This document shows, in pieces, positions 26,670 through 35,911 of a stretch of DNA of 60,712 nt. Made by a program: the position numbers and the translations under genes. Below the pieces are notes generated by a model. The model saw nothing but the letters and a program-made list of their open reading frames with translations, did not search any database and was not told where the DNA came from. This stretch comes from a bacterium (GTDB lineage: Bacteria; Bacteroidota; Ignavibacteria; UBA10030), in contig JAZDJN010000085.1 in the NCBI GenBank assembly GCA_043803945.1, forward strand, positions 1-60,712, given 5' to 3'. Every line of letters starts with the position of its first letter. Positions within the stretch are counted from its first letter, which is position 1.

Positions 26670-28154
26670 CTATTCACCAACCCCTCTCCGCGCATCATGA
26701 ATCATTCTCATAGCGGGAAACAGTGCCGCGGCAAGAATCGATGTCAGTAATGGATGCATCATTCTGACGATGATATCGTGATAAGTATAAAGCCATGGTG
26801 CAGAAGTATAAATCAGGATTGAAACTCCTAGAAGTATTAAGAAGGATACAATTGGACGGAGTTTTAGAGAGATGAATCCTGCAAAAACAAGAAGGCAAAG
26901 AGAGATGAGGTAATGAATATTGGGGAACTCCCTCACATATTGTTTATTCAAAGTCTTGTAAAATGCCCAGGCATAAGCATGCAGGTATTGAGATTTTCCA
27001 ACTTCATATTTAGACGAATTATAAAAAGAGCCGAACTCGTACCAATTAAGGATCACAACTTTTCCCTCAAAAGCATCTCGAAATTTATCGAAAGAAGGGG
27101 GCTGGATAATCGTAGGAGGTTTTGGAGATTGAGTGACAGAATATCTTAATGAATCAGATTCCATTCCATCGAGAACATTCACATAGGGGCTTGAATCATA
27201 GAACATAGGATAGTGAGGTCTGATAAGGATTTCACCTCTCTCATTGAGTGGAATTTCGTAATCGGCAAAGAGCAGAGTGTTCCCCTTTTTCAATGCTTGT
27301 TCTGTATCAGGTAGGTTTCTATATTTTTTTATGAGTTGAAACAACACATCGCGTCCATCTTCCGGATCTATCCTGAAGATTGATGGACCTTCGACAAGGT
27401 TTACCTCAAGATTGAAGTTACCTCTTGTAAGTGATATTTCTCCCAAAGAATCAGTAAAACGCATCTTAGACCATCGGGGAAATCCAAATACTACCACCCC
27501 TGTTTCAGCTAACTGTTTTAAGAGATCGACCTGAGCTTTCTTTCCGAAGATCGATCTGGCATCAAGCAGAACTGCTTTTGCTCCAACGGCCTTCAAATCG
27601 GTGACAATTTTTAAGCAGCTTTTCAGATACCTCGTTTGTTCATTATTCTCAGAAGTATACTGAAGAAGAACAACAGGCGAATTCGATATTTTGGGATCCT
27701 TGGACGCATACATATATCGCTGCATAAGATAAAAATCAGGGATATAATAAAGACCTATCCAGGAGCCTGCTGAAATCAGGAGAAAAGTAATCAGCCCTGC
27801 TGCAAAATATTTGAACGTTAATAATTGAGATCGTTGTCGGTACCACATCGACAGTGTTTCCGGCCAATCAATACTCCAGCGACGCATTGTCTTAATGAAC
27901 GAATCCTGCGATCCACTGGACTCTGCATATATAACCAGCAGCAGGAACGCAATTCGTAGCCAAAACCAAATTGAAAGAGTAAATGGAATCCAAAAGTGCA
28001 ATAATCGAATGCCAAAAAATACAATTTGAGTAGTGCCCCATATTTTTGGATAGATTGGAGTTAGTGTTACTATTGCGAGAAGAGCAAAAAATAATCCAAA
28101 GAGTATAGTCTGGAAGATTTTCTTATTGGTATGTTTTGATGGTTCATGTTCCAT
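26670..28154 (-). CDS. Membrane protein with CHASE2-like extracellular domain and no output domain
   Basis: N-terminal TM helices; L...GAKAVLLD, IPLNERGEILI, FEGKVVIL, HAYA, then three TM helices and the stop. Confidence 0.55.
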   Translation of the reverse strand: MEHEPSKHTNKKIFQTILFGLFFALLAIVTLTPIYPKIWGTTQIVFFGIRLLHFWIPFTLSIWFWLRIAFLLLVIYAESSGSQDSFIKTMRRWSIDWPETLSMWYRQRSQLLTFKYFAAGLITFLLISAGSWIGLYYIPDFYLMQRYMYASKDPKISNSPVVLLQYTSENNEQTRYLKSCLKIVTDLKAVGAKAVLLDARSIFGKKAQVDLLKQLAETGVVVFGFPRWSKMRFTDSLGEISLTRGNFNLEVNLVEGPSIFRIDPEDGRDVLFQLIKKYRNLPDTEQALKKGNTLLFADYEIPLNERGEILIRPHYPMFYDSSPYVNVLDGMESDSLRYSVTQSPKPPTIIQPPSFDKFRDAFEGKVVILNWYEFGSFYNSSKYEVGKSQYLHAYAWAFYKTLNKQYVREFPNIHYLISLCLLVFAGFISLKLRPIVSFLILLGVSILIYTSAPWLYTYHDIIVRMMHPLLTSILAAALFPAMRMIHDARRGVGE

Positions 28155-28187
28155 GATGAATCCCTTCTGAAACAGTATGAGCGCAAG

Positions 28188-28559
28188 TTACCTTAGAAAT
28201 GATTGCTGTTGCTCCGGAGGAATTTGAGCCGGGGAGATCGACGAAATCATTGTACTCCCAATGAGCAGCATCGTGATAATCATTGCGATGGCAGTAAATC
28301 GTACTCTTGAATAATTTGGATGCATTATAGAATAGCTGGGCGGGAGAGCCGTGTCGATCATACCAGAAAGGATATTCTGGACTCTGTTGTGCGCTATTGT
28401 CCTTCTTACGCTGAGCGTTGATCGAAAGTATTCTCGACACTCACTGCAAGAAGCCATGTGTGCATGCATCTCGATTTCTCGTATATCATCCAACTCGTCA
28501 TCGAGACACTTACTTACCATCAATTCATATGATTCGCATCCAGTCATAAGAAACCTCAT
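28188..28559 (-). CDS. Zinc-finger (ZAS) membrane anti-sigma factor
   Basis: C...LD.EL...HMASCSECR (HxxxCxxC), one TM helix; overlaps the sigma stop. Confidence 0.88.
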   Translation of the reverse strand: MRFLMTGCESYELMVSKCLDDELDDIREIEMHAHMASCSECREYFRSTLSVRRTIAHNRVQNILSGMIDTALPPSYSIMHPNYSRVRFTAIAMIITMLLIGSTMISSISPAQIPPEQQQSFLR

Positions 28560-29095
28560 TGATAAAATGTTTTTATTTTCTTTGAAAGAGCTTTCCGGGC
28601 TTTATAGATTCTCGATTCAATGGAGCTCACGGTGTTGTTGGTGATTGAAGCGATTTCAGCATAGGAAAATCCCTCATACTCATCCAGTAGTAACACCTCC
28701 CGGTATTCCGGCTTCAATCTTCTCAGAAGGTGTTGAATAATCTCTTCCGCCTCTTGTTTAATATAGTCGTCATGGACTGTGGGGGTTTCCCATACATCAA
28801 GATCGTCGATCGAAACGTTACACCGGTTTCGTCTTATCAGAGCATACACTTCATTACGAGCGATTGTGAAAAGCCACGCCTTGAATGAATCATGATTCCG
28901 TAGTGTCTCCAGCGAGTTATAGACTTTGATAAAGGTGTTTTGTGCAGCATCCTTGGCGGTTTCTCTGTTTTGAAGAAGCTGCGAGCAATATTCAATCACA
29001 CTAAAACGGTATCGCTTGAAGAGTTCGGCAAATGCCCGTTCATCCTTCAATTGAGCTTTATGTATCAGTTCTGCTTCGGTGTGTAGCGCTGCCAA
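28556..29095 (-). CDS. ECF sigma factor
   Basis: AF.EL..RY, AKDAAQNTF, FKAWLFTIARN, YREVLLL...EGFSYAEIA, SRIYKARKAL; TTG start. Confidence 0.93.
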   Translation of the reverse strand: MAALHTEAELIHKAQLKDERAFAELFKRYRFSVIEYCSQLLQNRETAKDAAQNTFIKVYNSLETLRNHDSFKAWLFTIARNEVYALIRRNRCNVSIDDLDVWETPTVHDDYIKQEAEEIIQHLLRRLKPEYREVLLLDEYEGFSYAEIASITNNTVSSIESRIYKARKALSKKIKTFYQ

Positions 29096-29141
29096 GTTCT
29101 CCCTCAGATCAATTGGACAATGATTTCACCGCTCATAATAT

Positions 29142-29167
29142 AGATGCTGCCAACTTGAAAAACTTGC
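29142..29167 (-). promoter_or_regulatory. Candidate autoregulatory ECF promoter
   Basis: Minus strand GCAAG-TTTTTCAAGTTGGCAGC(17)-ATCT; same layout as 32652-32677. Confidence 0.6.
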
Positions 29168-29258
29168 TGTATTAATTGATTTAGTTGTTAACGGATGCTA
29201 TACAGAAAGCATTGTCTTCTTGATTAAAGCGGTATATCATTTTTTACTTCCCCTTTTT

Positions 29259-29364
29259 ACGGTTGTCCAAAAAGTAAAAAAGAACGCTGTCATTCCTGCC
29301 CACCTGCCGGCGAGGCAGGTAAAATCATTCGGGTGTGACAGTTTTTTTCTTATTAGTCAGCCCC
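29259..29364. repeat. MITE-like element, copy 2 (internally shortened, with a nested palindrome)
   Basis: ACGGTTGTCCAAAAAG ... CTGTCATTCC[CCTGCCCACCTGCCGGCGAGGCAGG] ... CATTCGGGTGTGACA ... CTTATTAGTCAGCCCC. Confidence 0.65.
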
Positions 29365-29554
29365 ATATGAGAGATTTGTGGAGTTATAAATACACAGTTA
29401 AGCGGTGGCATGAACGAGCTTATCCAGAATGATAAGATAAAGAGACTCACCTGTGGGGCATAAGCTCCAATAGGATAGAGGAAAGAATTCTATAGGCTAT
29501 TTCAGCTGCACTTATAGAGTACCAGGATGTGTTTAACCGATGATAGACTTTTTC

Positions 29555-30001
29555 TTATTGAGCAGCAGACCCCTCTGCAGCCTTTGCTGCTTTCATCTCC
29601 CTCCTCCACTGTATCCACTCACCTAATGCAGCACCAAAAAGTGAGCAACAGAGCACGATTATGGCAAACGGTATTTCGTATTTGATGAGGTTCACTAAGG
29701 GATCTTTAAACAGTGCTCTTCCTACTATTAGTGACAGCGTCACGGAGTAAAACATTGATGCAAGGCCTGGTTCAAACAGTGTATAACGATTTGATCGGTA
29801 TCCAACATAGCAGCTTATACTGCCAACACCAAGACCGGCCCATATTGCACTTCCCCAGATCCCTAAAATTGCACTTGCAATCACTGGTGAAATCAAAAGA
29901 AATGTCGTTAATAAATGAAACAGCACAAAAAAGCAATAGCTCACCACAACCCATCGCCAGTCAAAATCCTTAATCAATGATTGCATACTAATTGTATTCA
30001 T
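29555..30001 (-). CDS. Hypothetical 4-TM membrane protein
   Basis: 148-aa hydrophobic ORF, co-oriented with its neighbours. Confidence 0.7.
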   Translation of the reverse strand: MNTISMQSLIKDFDWRWVVVSYCFFVLFHLLTTFLLISPVIASAILGIWGSAIWAGLGVGSISCYVGYRSNRYTLFEPGLASMFYSVTLSLIVGRALFKDPLVNLIKYEIPFAIIVLCCSLFGAALGEWIQWRREMKAAKAAEGSAAQ

Positions 30002-30070
30002 ATCATTTTCCTTTATTCTTTTCTCTTACTATCACTCATCGTTCCCCATTCCGAATTCCGCATCCCACAC

Positions 30071-30877
30071 TTATAAAAACTTTCCCTCATACTCCCAATC
30101 ATGAAATAATCCATCGCTACTAATCTTTACTCTGGCCACAGCACCCGGATATTTTGCAGAATGAGCTTCTACGTACAGAAAATCATTATATGTCTGACAG
30201 GAATAAGTGCTTTGCGGAGTAGAGGAAATATCAGCGTGGATTTGATATCCCGTGAATGACCCATCTCCTCCGCCGAATTGTTTCGGGAGCAGATAATATT
30301 CACGGGCATTATTCTTGATAAAGTTTAATTCGTTGATGATAAGATCTTTATTTTCCTGGACAGCATTGACTTCACGGAGGTTTGATTGAACTCTATAATG
30401 AATGAGTGCTACCGGAACTATAGAAATAGATAAAGCAAGTAATGGTATACAGGAAATCAGATAGAACACGTGGAACATTATTAGCGGCTCTCTGGCTGGG
30501 ACCGGTCGTATCCTGTATTTTCGCCATCCAAAGAAAAAGAATGTTGGAGCGATAACATATAATACCAGTACGGAAAGAAGTGTCCATATTCGAACTTCCT
30601 CGGAAAGTGGGCGCATCTCATCTCCGCCTGACTCATAACTGAAACGGTTTAATCCATTCTGAATTGTCACTCCAGCTCCTATGATCCATGGAAAAGTTAG
30701 TGAGCCGGCGGGTAGAAACTGTCGCCCATTATTTTTGCTCTGTTGGAAAGAATGAGAGGCAAGCGCAAGAATGATAAGAACAATGATTGTGGTGATGCTG
30801 ATTTTCCAAATAAATCCCTTGCTAAAGTCAGATTGATTTTCCGGAAACGTACTCGGAGCATCAATTTTCTGTGACAT
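30071..30877 (-). CDS. Hypothetical membrane protein with pilin-like C-terminal domain (tentative)
   Basis: TM helices then NKDLIINELN...AREYY..P..FGGG.GSFTG. Confidence 0.65.
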   Translation of the reverse strand: MSQKIDAPSTFPENQSDFSKGFIWKISITTIIVLIILALASHSFQQSKNNGRQFLPAGSLTFPWIIGAGVTIQNGLNRFSYESGGDEMRPLSEEVRIWTLLSVLVLYVIAPTFFFFGWRKYRIRPVPAREPLIMFHVFYLISCIPLLALSISIVPVALIHYRVQSNLREVNAVQENKDLIINELNFIKNNAREYYLLPKQFGGGDGSFTGYQIHADISSTPQSTYSCQTYNDFLYVEAHSAKYPGAVARVKISSDGLFHDWEYEGKFL

Positions 30878-31562
30878 AAGTTATTCCTTTCTCGGTCAGT
30901 GTATAGCGACACTGCGACCGTCCGGATTTACCATCGTAATTTTTAAATAAGGGATCTTTTCCCTCTTGAAATTTATCCATTGCAATTAAGACTATTGTGC
31001 CCGGTTCCAGGGAGTGAAGAAAAATCCGCAGAGGATTCTCGTTGTGACCCCAAAAGTATCCGGGGAAATAATCGCTTATAAAGAGATTACCTCCAACTTC
31101 TGCTTTTGGGTAAAGGGTCTTGAATGTTTCAGCAAGATTCTTCTGCTGTTTCATCTGTTTGCGGTGGTACGCTTCAAGAGTGTTAAGCAATATCTTGGGT
31201 GCCTCGGCAGTTCGGATTCCATCTTTGATTACCCCGAGAATTCTATGAAGCTGCTGTCCATGCCACTTTGATTTCTCCTCAAAGCGATAGGAAAGATAGA
31301 AAGTGGCACCGAGGACGAAAAGAAAAATCAGCCACATGACGGAACGATGCAGCTTTCGTATCGGTTCTCGGAGAATATAAGTAAGTAGGATAAGCAGGTA
31401 GATTGCAGCAACCTGCATTGCCAGGTTGAGACCGGGCCAGAGTTCCGTCGATTCCGGAGGAATGAAAAAAGCGATGCTGACCAGAACAACTCCTACAACC
31501 AACCATGACAGAATCTGGGCTGTCTCCCGGTTTATTTCTATAGTGATCGTTTCAGGTTCCAT
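30861..31562 (-). CDS. Hypothetical membrane protein
   Basis: AGGAGA RBS before ATG 31562; three TM helices and a soluble C-terminal domain; overlaps the next gene. Confidence 0.7.
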   Translation of the reverse strand: MEPETITIEINRETAQILSWLVVGVVLVSIAFFIPPESTELWPGLNLAMQVAAIYLLILLTYILREPIRKLHRSVMWLIFLFVLGATFYLSYRFEEKSKWHGQQLHRILGVIKDGIRTAEAPKILLNTLEAYHRKQMKQQKNLAETFKTLYPKAEVGGNLFISDYFPGYFWGHNENPLRIFLHSLEPGTIVLIAMDKFQEGKDPLFKNYDGKSGRSQCRYTLTEKGITYVTEN

Positions 31563-31572
31563 ACAAATTCTC

Positions 31573-32010
31573 CTATTGAATGGCTTTGATCCGTTCCTGA
31601 TATTCTCTCGGCAGTTTCGATAATTGTGTGTTGTAATCATTGACCGGTGTATCGCGAGTAAGGACCATCGGTGAAACAATTAAGCTCCCAAGGGCAATCA
31701 GAATGGCAATCGAAAGGGCAGCCGGCAGCGGCATCAGAACGCGGATGAGCCACATTGTTTCCCACCATCGATGCGGCTGCTGCTCCCGCCGTTCCTTCGC
31801 AATGCTTCCGAAGAGCCGGCGGTCAAGTGCTGATGGTACTTCGGTAAGATAGTCATTGGTTATATGTGCGCTAATAAGTAATGTCGATTTCATAAATCGC
31901 CTGCACCAATCACAACCGCTGAGATGAGCAAAAAGCTCGGATGCACGTGTATCCTCAAGTTCATGATCAACGTACTGTGTAATGAGTTCCTGATAAAAGT
32001 TGTGATCCAT
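31573..32010 (-). CDS. Zinc-finger (ZAS) membrane anti-sigma factor
   Basis: YVD.EL...LFAHLSGCDWCR (HxxxCxxC), one TM helix. Confidence 0.88.
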   Translation of the reverse strand: MDHNFYQELITQYVDHELEDTRASELFAHLSGCDWCRRFMKSTLLISAHITNDYLTEVPSALDRRLFGSIAKERREQQPHRWWETMWLIRVLMPLPAALSIAILIALGSLIVSPMVLTRDTPVNDYNTQLSKLPREYQERIKAIQ

Positions 32011-32035
32011 AAGATACCTCTCTACTGTTCTTCAT

Positions 32036-32575
32036 TTAGTCGGAGTAAAATTTCTCAATGTGCTCTGCCAAAGCTTTTCTTGCTTTAAACAACCTCGACT
32101 TCACAGAACTTACGCTGTCTCCGGTGATCACTGAAATCTCAGCGTAGGAGAGTTTCTCGAATTCTTTCAAGAGCAGTACTTCCAGGTACTCGGCCTTGAG
32201 TGCATTCAAGCTCGTGGAAATGATCTGCTTTGTCTCTTCCGCTTGCAGTATCGTTAGGGGTGTCTCTTCACTCCAAACCGATCCTTCATCCAGCACTCCA
32301 TTTGATTTTGTTTTCCTGATCGATTTGTAAACCTGATTCCGTGCAATCGAATAAAGCCACGATTTGAAGAGAGTGACATCCTGAAGTGAATCAATGTGTT
32401 GATAGACTTTCAGGAAGGCATCGTGTGTTGCATCTTCAGCCGTTTGCCGCTCGCCGGTCAACCTGAGGCAAAAGGAATATATCGGCTGCTTGTAACGATG
32501 ATACAGCGTTTCGAATGCTTCCAGAACACCGAGGCGAAAATCACGCACAAGTTGACTGTCCGATTTTGATTCCAA
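32036..32575 (-). CDS. ECF sigma factor
   Basis: AFETLYHRY, AEDATHDAF, FKSWLYSIARN, SYAEIS, SVKSRLFKARKAL; TTG start. Confidence 0.93.
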   Translation of the reverse strand: MESKSDSQLVRDFRLGVLEAFETLYHRYKQPIYSFCLRLTGERQTAEDATHDAFLKVYQHIDSLQDVTLFKSWLYSIARNQVYKSIRKTKSNGVLDEGSVWSEETPLTILQAEETKQIISTSLNALKAEYLEVLLLKEFEKLSYAEISVITGDSVSSVKSRLFKARKALAEHIEKFYSD

Positions 32576-32651
32576 TTTACGATTCTCTTTATCTCTTGGC
32601 GCCTTGGCGGCGAATCATTTGGATTGAAGAATCTCTCCACAATTTGCTATA

Positions 32652-32677
32652 AGACCCATTCAGATGCAAAAAGTTGC
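32652..32677 (-). promoter_or_regulatory. Candidate autoregulatory ECF promoter
   Basis: Minus strand GCAAC-TTTTTGCATCTGAATGG(17)-GTCT; fits the general ECF AAC...GTC pattern. Confidence 0.65.
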
Positions 32678-32918
32678 TCGTGGAGGGAGGTCTCAGTATT
32701 ACCTGAACAACGATCTCCTATCATGGACAGGTAAGAAAAACAACAAAAATGCCCATACAAAGGAAGTTTCGAATAAGACAGGATCTTGAAAATTCCTCAT
32801 TCCATACCCTTGACTTTCACGAATAAGAGAGCGTAATTCATTCGGGCACACCAGTCGAATTGTAATCGATTTTAAGAAATCACCACGTGAACACACACAC
32901 CAGACCACTCTCATTCAA

Positions 32919-33821
32919 GTGAATACGACCAACGAACATGTTTTCGGTATCGTGTTGGCGGGCGGTGAAGGGCAGAGGCTTCAGGAGTTTATCAAGGAAC
33001 GAACAGGGACCACTCGCCCCAAGCAGTATACAACGCTTACCGGTACGCGCACCATGCTTCGCCATACGCTTGATCGTATTGAAAAGCTTGTTCCGATAAA
33101 ACATGTCTTTACGGTTGTGAACCGGAAGCATCTTGCCTTTGCATTGGAGACCCTCTCCGACCACGAGAAGAAGTACACCCTGGTGCTTCCCGTCAATAAA
33201 GAGACGGCAGCCAGCATTGTCGTGCCGCTCGTGCAGATTAACCAGCAGGATCGTTCCTCCATCGTGGCAATCTTTCCCTCCGACCATTTTATCATAGAGG
33301 AGGAGAAATTTATGCGATATGTCGAGGATGCAGTTGGGTGTGTGCAGACCTTCCCGGAGTGTGCGATTATCCTCGGTGTACAGCCGCATGTGCCGGAACC
33401 GGAATATGGCTGGATTGAAGTGCAGAAAAACTTTTTACACTGCGGCGGGAATCGATTCTACAATGTGGTAAAGTTCTGGGAAAAACCCGATGCACCGGCC
33501 GCACAGAAACTGTTCGATGCGGGCGCCCTGTGGAACTCGATGGTCATTGTTGCAAAATCGGATACGCTGATGCGCCTTGTTCGTAAAACTCTTCCGCAGG
33601 TGTACGATCCGCTGGTTCGCTTCAGGATGAGTTACGGAGCGACTGCACCCGATCCGAATATTGAATTGATCTTCCAGCGCCTTCCTGCCATGAATTTCTC
33701 CAAGCATGTGCTGGAGCAGAATTCCAAATATCTTCGTGTGCTACGAATGGAGGGAGTGTATTGGAATGATTGGGGAAAGAAAGAGCGCATTCTCGCCGAT
33801 CTCTCTCGCTTCGGCCAGTAG
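32919..33821 (+). CDS. Mannose-1-phosphate guanylyltransferase-like nucleotidyltransferase
   Basis: LAGGEG.RL, PKQY, P.NKETA, PSDH, EYGWI, F.EKP, WNS, WNDWG. Confidence 0.85.
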   Translation: MNTTNEHVFGIVLAGGEGQRLQEFIKERTGTTRPKQYTTLTGTRTMLRHTLDRIEKLVPIKHVFTVVNRKHLAFALETLSDHEKKYTLVLPVNKETAASIVVPLVQINQQDRSSIVAIFPSDHFIIEEEKFMRYVEDAVGCVQTFPECAIILGVQPHVPEPEYGWIEVQKNFLHCGGNRFYNVVKFWEKPDAPAAQKLFDAGALWNSMVIVAKSDTLMRLVRKTLPQVYDPLVRFRMSYGATAPDPNIELIFQRLPAMNFSKHVLEQNSKYLRVLRMEGVYWNDWGKKERILADLSRFGQ

Positions 33822-33844
33822 AATTAGACCAGCCCTTTTATCGA

Positions 33845-35896
33845 TTACGTTGTCAGCGGTAGTGTAAAAAGAAATGTTGTGCCTTTTCCAACTTCGCTTT
33901 CAATCCAGATTTTTCCCCCGTGTCCCTCCACCACCGTTTTGGCGATGAAGAGGCCCAGGCCTGTGCCCGCGCCGCGCATCCCTTTCACCTGCTCATATTT
34001 GCTGAACAGTCTGCCGATCTGATCGGCGGGAATGCCAGGGCCGCTGTCTGTCACGGAACAGAGGATGAAACCATTTGCTGGGGCGGCAGTACGCATGACG
34101 ATGGTGCTTTTGGAAGATGAGAATTTAATCGCATTGGAAAGCAGGTTGAGGACAAGCCGGAATGTATAATCGCTGTCGACAAACACATAGATCTGTGGAT
34201 CGGTCAATTCAGCCACGATGGTAATCTTTTTCTCTGTGGCCATACCGATAAGGGTATCCCGTGCGCGCTCGAAGATCGATCCGATTGATACCGGTTGCTT
34301 ATTGAATCCGATTTTTCCTGCTTCCATTTTTCCGACATCGAGAATCATATTGACCAGACGCAGCATGGTATCAATCGATCGATCGATATTGGTGACAAAG
34401 AGCTTTGCATTGTCATCCAATTGGGTGGCGGTCGGATCGGTCAGAAGGCTGAGCAGCATTTTTGCGCTGGCGAGCGGTGAACGCAAGTCGTGTGAGACCA
34501 CCGCGTAAAATTCATCCTTGGTTTTCTCCAATTCCTTTTCGGCGCTGATGTCGCGAATTGCAATGACACGGCCGAGTTCATTCCCGCTCTTGTCGACATA
34601 TGCCGATGTTTTCGATGCGACCCATACCGGCTTCTGCGGATTCGGGAGCATAACGGCTGAATCGGATTTCGTTGCCTCCGGAAATAAGAGGGTGCGGAGT
34701 TCCTCCAGCTTTGGCGGCTCTTGCTGTTCGCTCTGTAAACTTAATAAGCGTCTGGCTGCTGGATTTGCGAGCATCAAGGTTCCTTCGTTATCGAAAACAA
34801 CAATGCCATCGGCGGCACTCGTCACAATCGCTTCGATCTTCCGGTGTTCCGTGATAATCTTTTCGACGTTCAGGTCGTCGAAGTATTTCAACCGCTCGGT
34901 CATAAAATTGAGGGAGGCACCCAGCGAACCTAATTCATCCTTACGGTTCACAGCGACTCGCGGTGTAAAATTCCCCTCGGCGATCTTCAGCGTGGCCTCA
35001 GACATTTCCTTGATCGGTTTTGTAATTCGCCGGGCAAAAATCAGACTCAAGAGCGAGCCCAGGATGAGGATCACCAATCCCACAACGACAGTCTGCTGCA
35101 CGATCACCATGACCGCACGCGTGACGGTATCGTAGGGGCGCTGAACAATAATGGTAAGTCCAAGCTCTCGATCCCGTTTGAAGGACAGGAGTTGGGATCC
35201 TTCATTGGTCTCGTGTCTGAATGAACTCTCAAGCACACCAGAATTGTTGAGTGATTCTATCTCACGCAGCGTTTGATCCGGCAATGACGACTTTACACCG
35301 AGTCCTTGTGATGCCAGAAGTTCCGTTACGCATCCTTCCGACGCAGCGGCATCTGCAAGGATGGCAAGCGAAAAGAGTGAAACGACAAAGACCGGAGATC
35401 GTTCTTTTGAGAAATAGGGTGAAGCGATGATGATGAGTGTTTGCCCCTGATAGGTGAACGCTGAGATCACTCGTTGTGCCGACTGGGGATCGATCTGATT
35501 GATCGTAATCATAGAAATGGAATCAAGTGCGCCACGGTTAAGGCCTGCAGCGGCTACGCGTTCTGTGATCATTGCATCGATCGTGCCGCCGGCTCTGAAC
35601 ACTTTTATACTCAGGAGCGATGGCGTATTGGTAAAGGTCTGAAGCAGCAAAGAACGCCGCTCCTCATCGGGGATTTCGCGCGGCGAAATGATCGCGGGCA
35701 TCAGGTTTGTCCATGTCCGGATCGTCTGCGAGAGTTGTTGATTGATGGAGCGGGCGAATTCCAGGTTCGTTTCATAGACGTAACTGATTTTCTCTTCCCG
35801 GAAGATGTTCAGGAAGATCAGAATCGTTACGATCATCGCCGCGAGAAGGAAGCCGCCGACGAGCAGAAATGTCTTAAGCTGCAGAGAGAATTTCAT
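33845..35896 (-). CDS. Membrane sensor histidine kinase (periplasmic domain, HAMP, PAS, HisKA, HATPase)
   Basis: Two TM helices; DELG.L...LN.M; SHDLRSPL; NLLSNAIKF; DSGPGI; GTGLGL. Confidence 0.93.
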   Translation of the reverse strand: MKFSLQLKTFLLVGGFLLAAMIVTILIFLNIFREEKISYVYETNLEFARSINQQLSQTIRTWTNLMPAIISPREIPDEERRSLLLQTFTNTPSLLSIKVFRAGGTIDAMITERVAAAGLNRGALDSISMITINQIDPQSAQRVISAFTYQGQTLIIIASPYFSKERSPVFVVSLFSLAILADAAASEGCVTELLASQGLGVKSSLPDQTLREIESLNNSGVLESSFRHETNEGSQLLSFKRDRELGLTIIVQRPYDTVTRAVMVIVQQTVVVGLVILILGSLLSLIFARRITKPIKEMSEATLKIAEGNFTPRVAVNRKDELGSLGASLNFMTERLKYFDDLNVEKIITEHRKIEAIVTSAADGIVVFDNEGTLMLANPAARRLLSLQSEQQEPPKLEELRTLLFPEATKSDSAVMLPNPQKPVWVASKTSAYVDKSGNELGRVIAIRDISAEKELEKTKDEFYAVVSHDLRSPLASAKMLLSLLTDPTATQLDDNAKLFVTNIDRSIDTMLRLVNMILDVGKMEAGKIGFNKQPVSIGSIFERARDTLIGMATEKKITIVAELTDPQIYVFVDSDYTFRLVLNLLSNAIKFSSSKSTIVMRTAAPANGFILCSVTDSGPGIPADQIGRLFSKYEQVKGMRGAGTGLGLFIAKTVVEGHGGKIWIESEVGKGTTFLFTLPLTT

Positions 35897-35911
35897 CTCA
35901 GGGGATCATTC

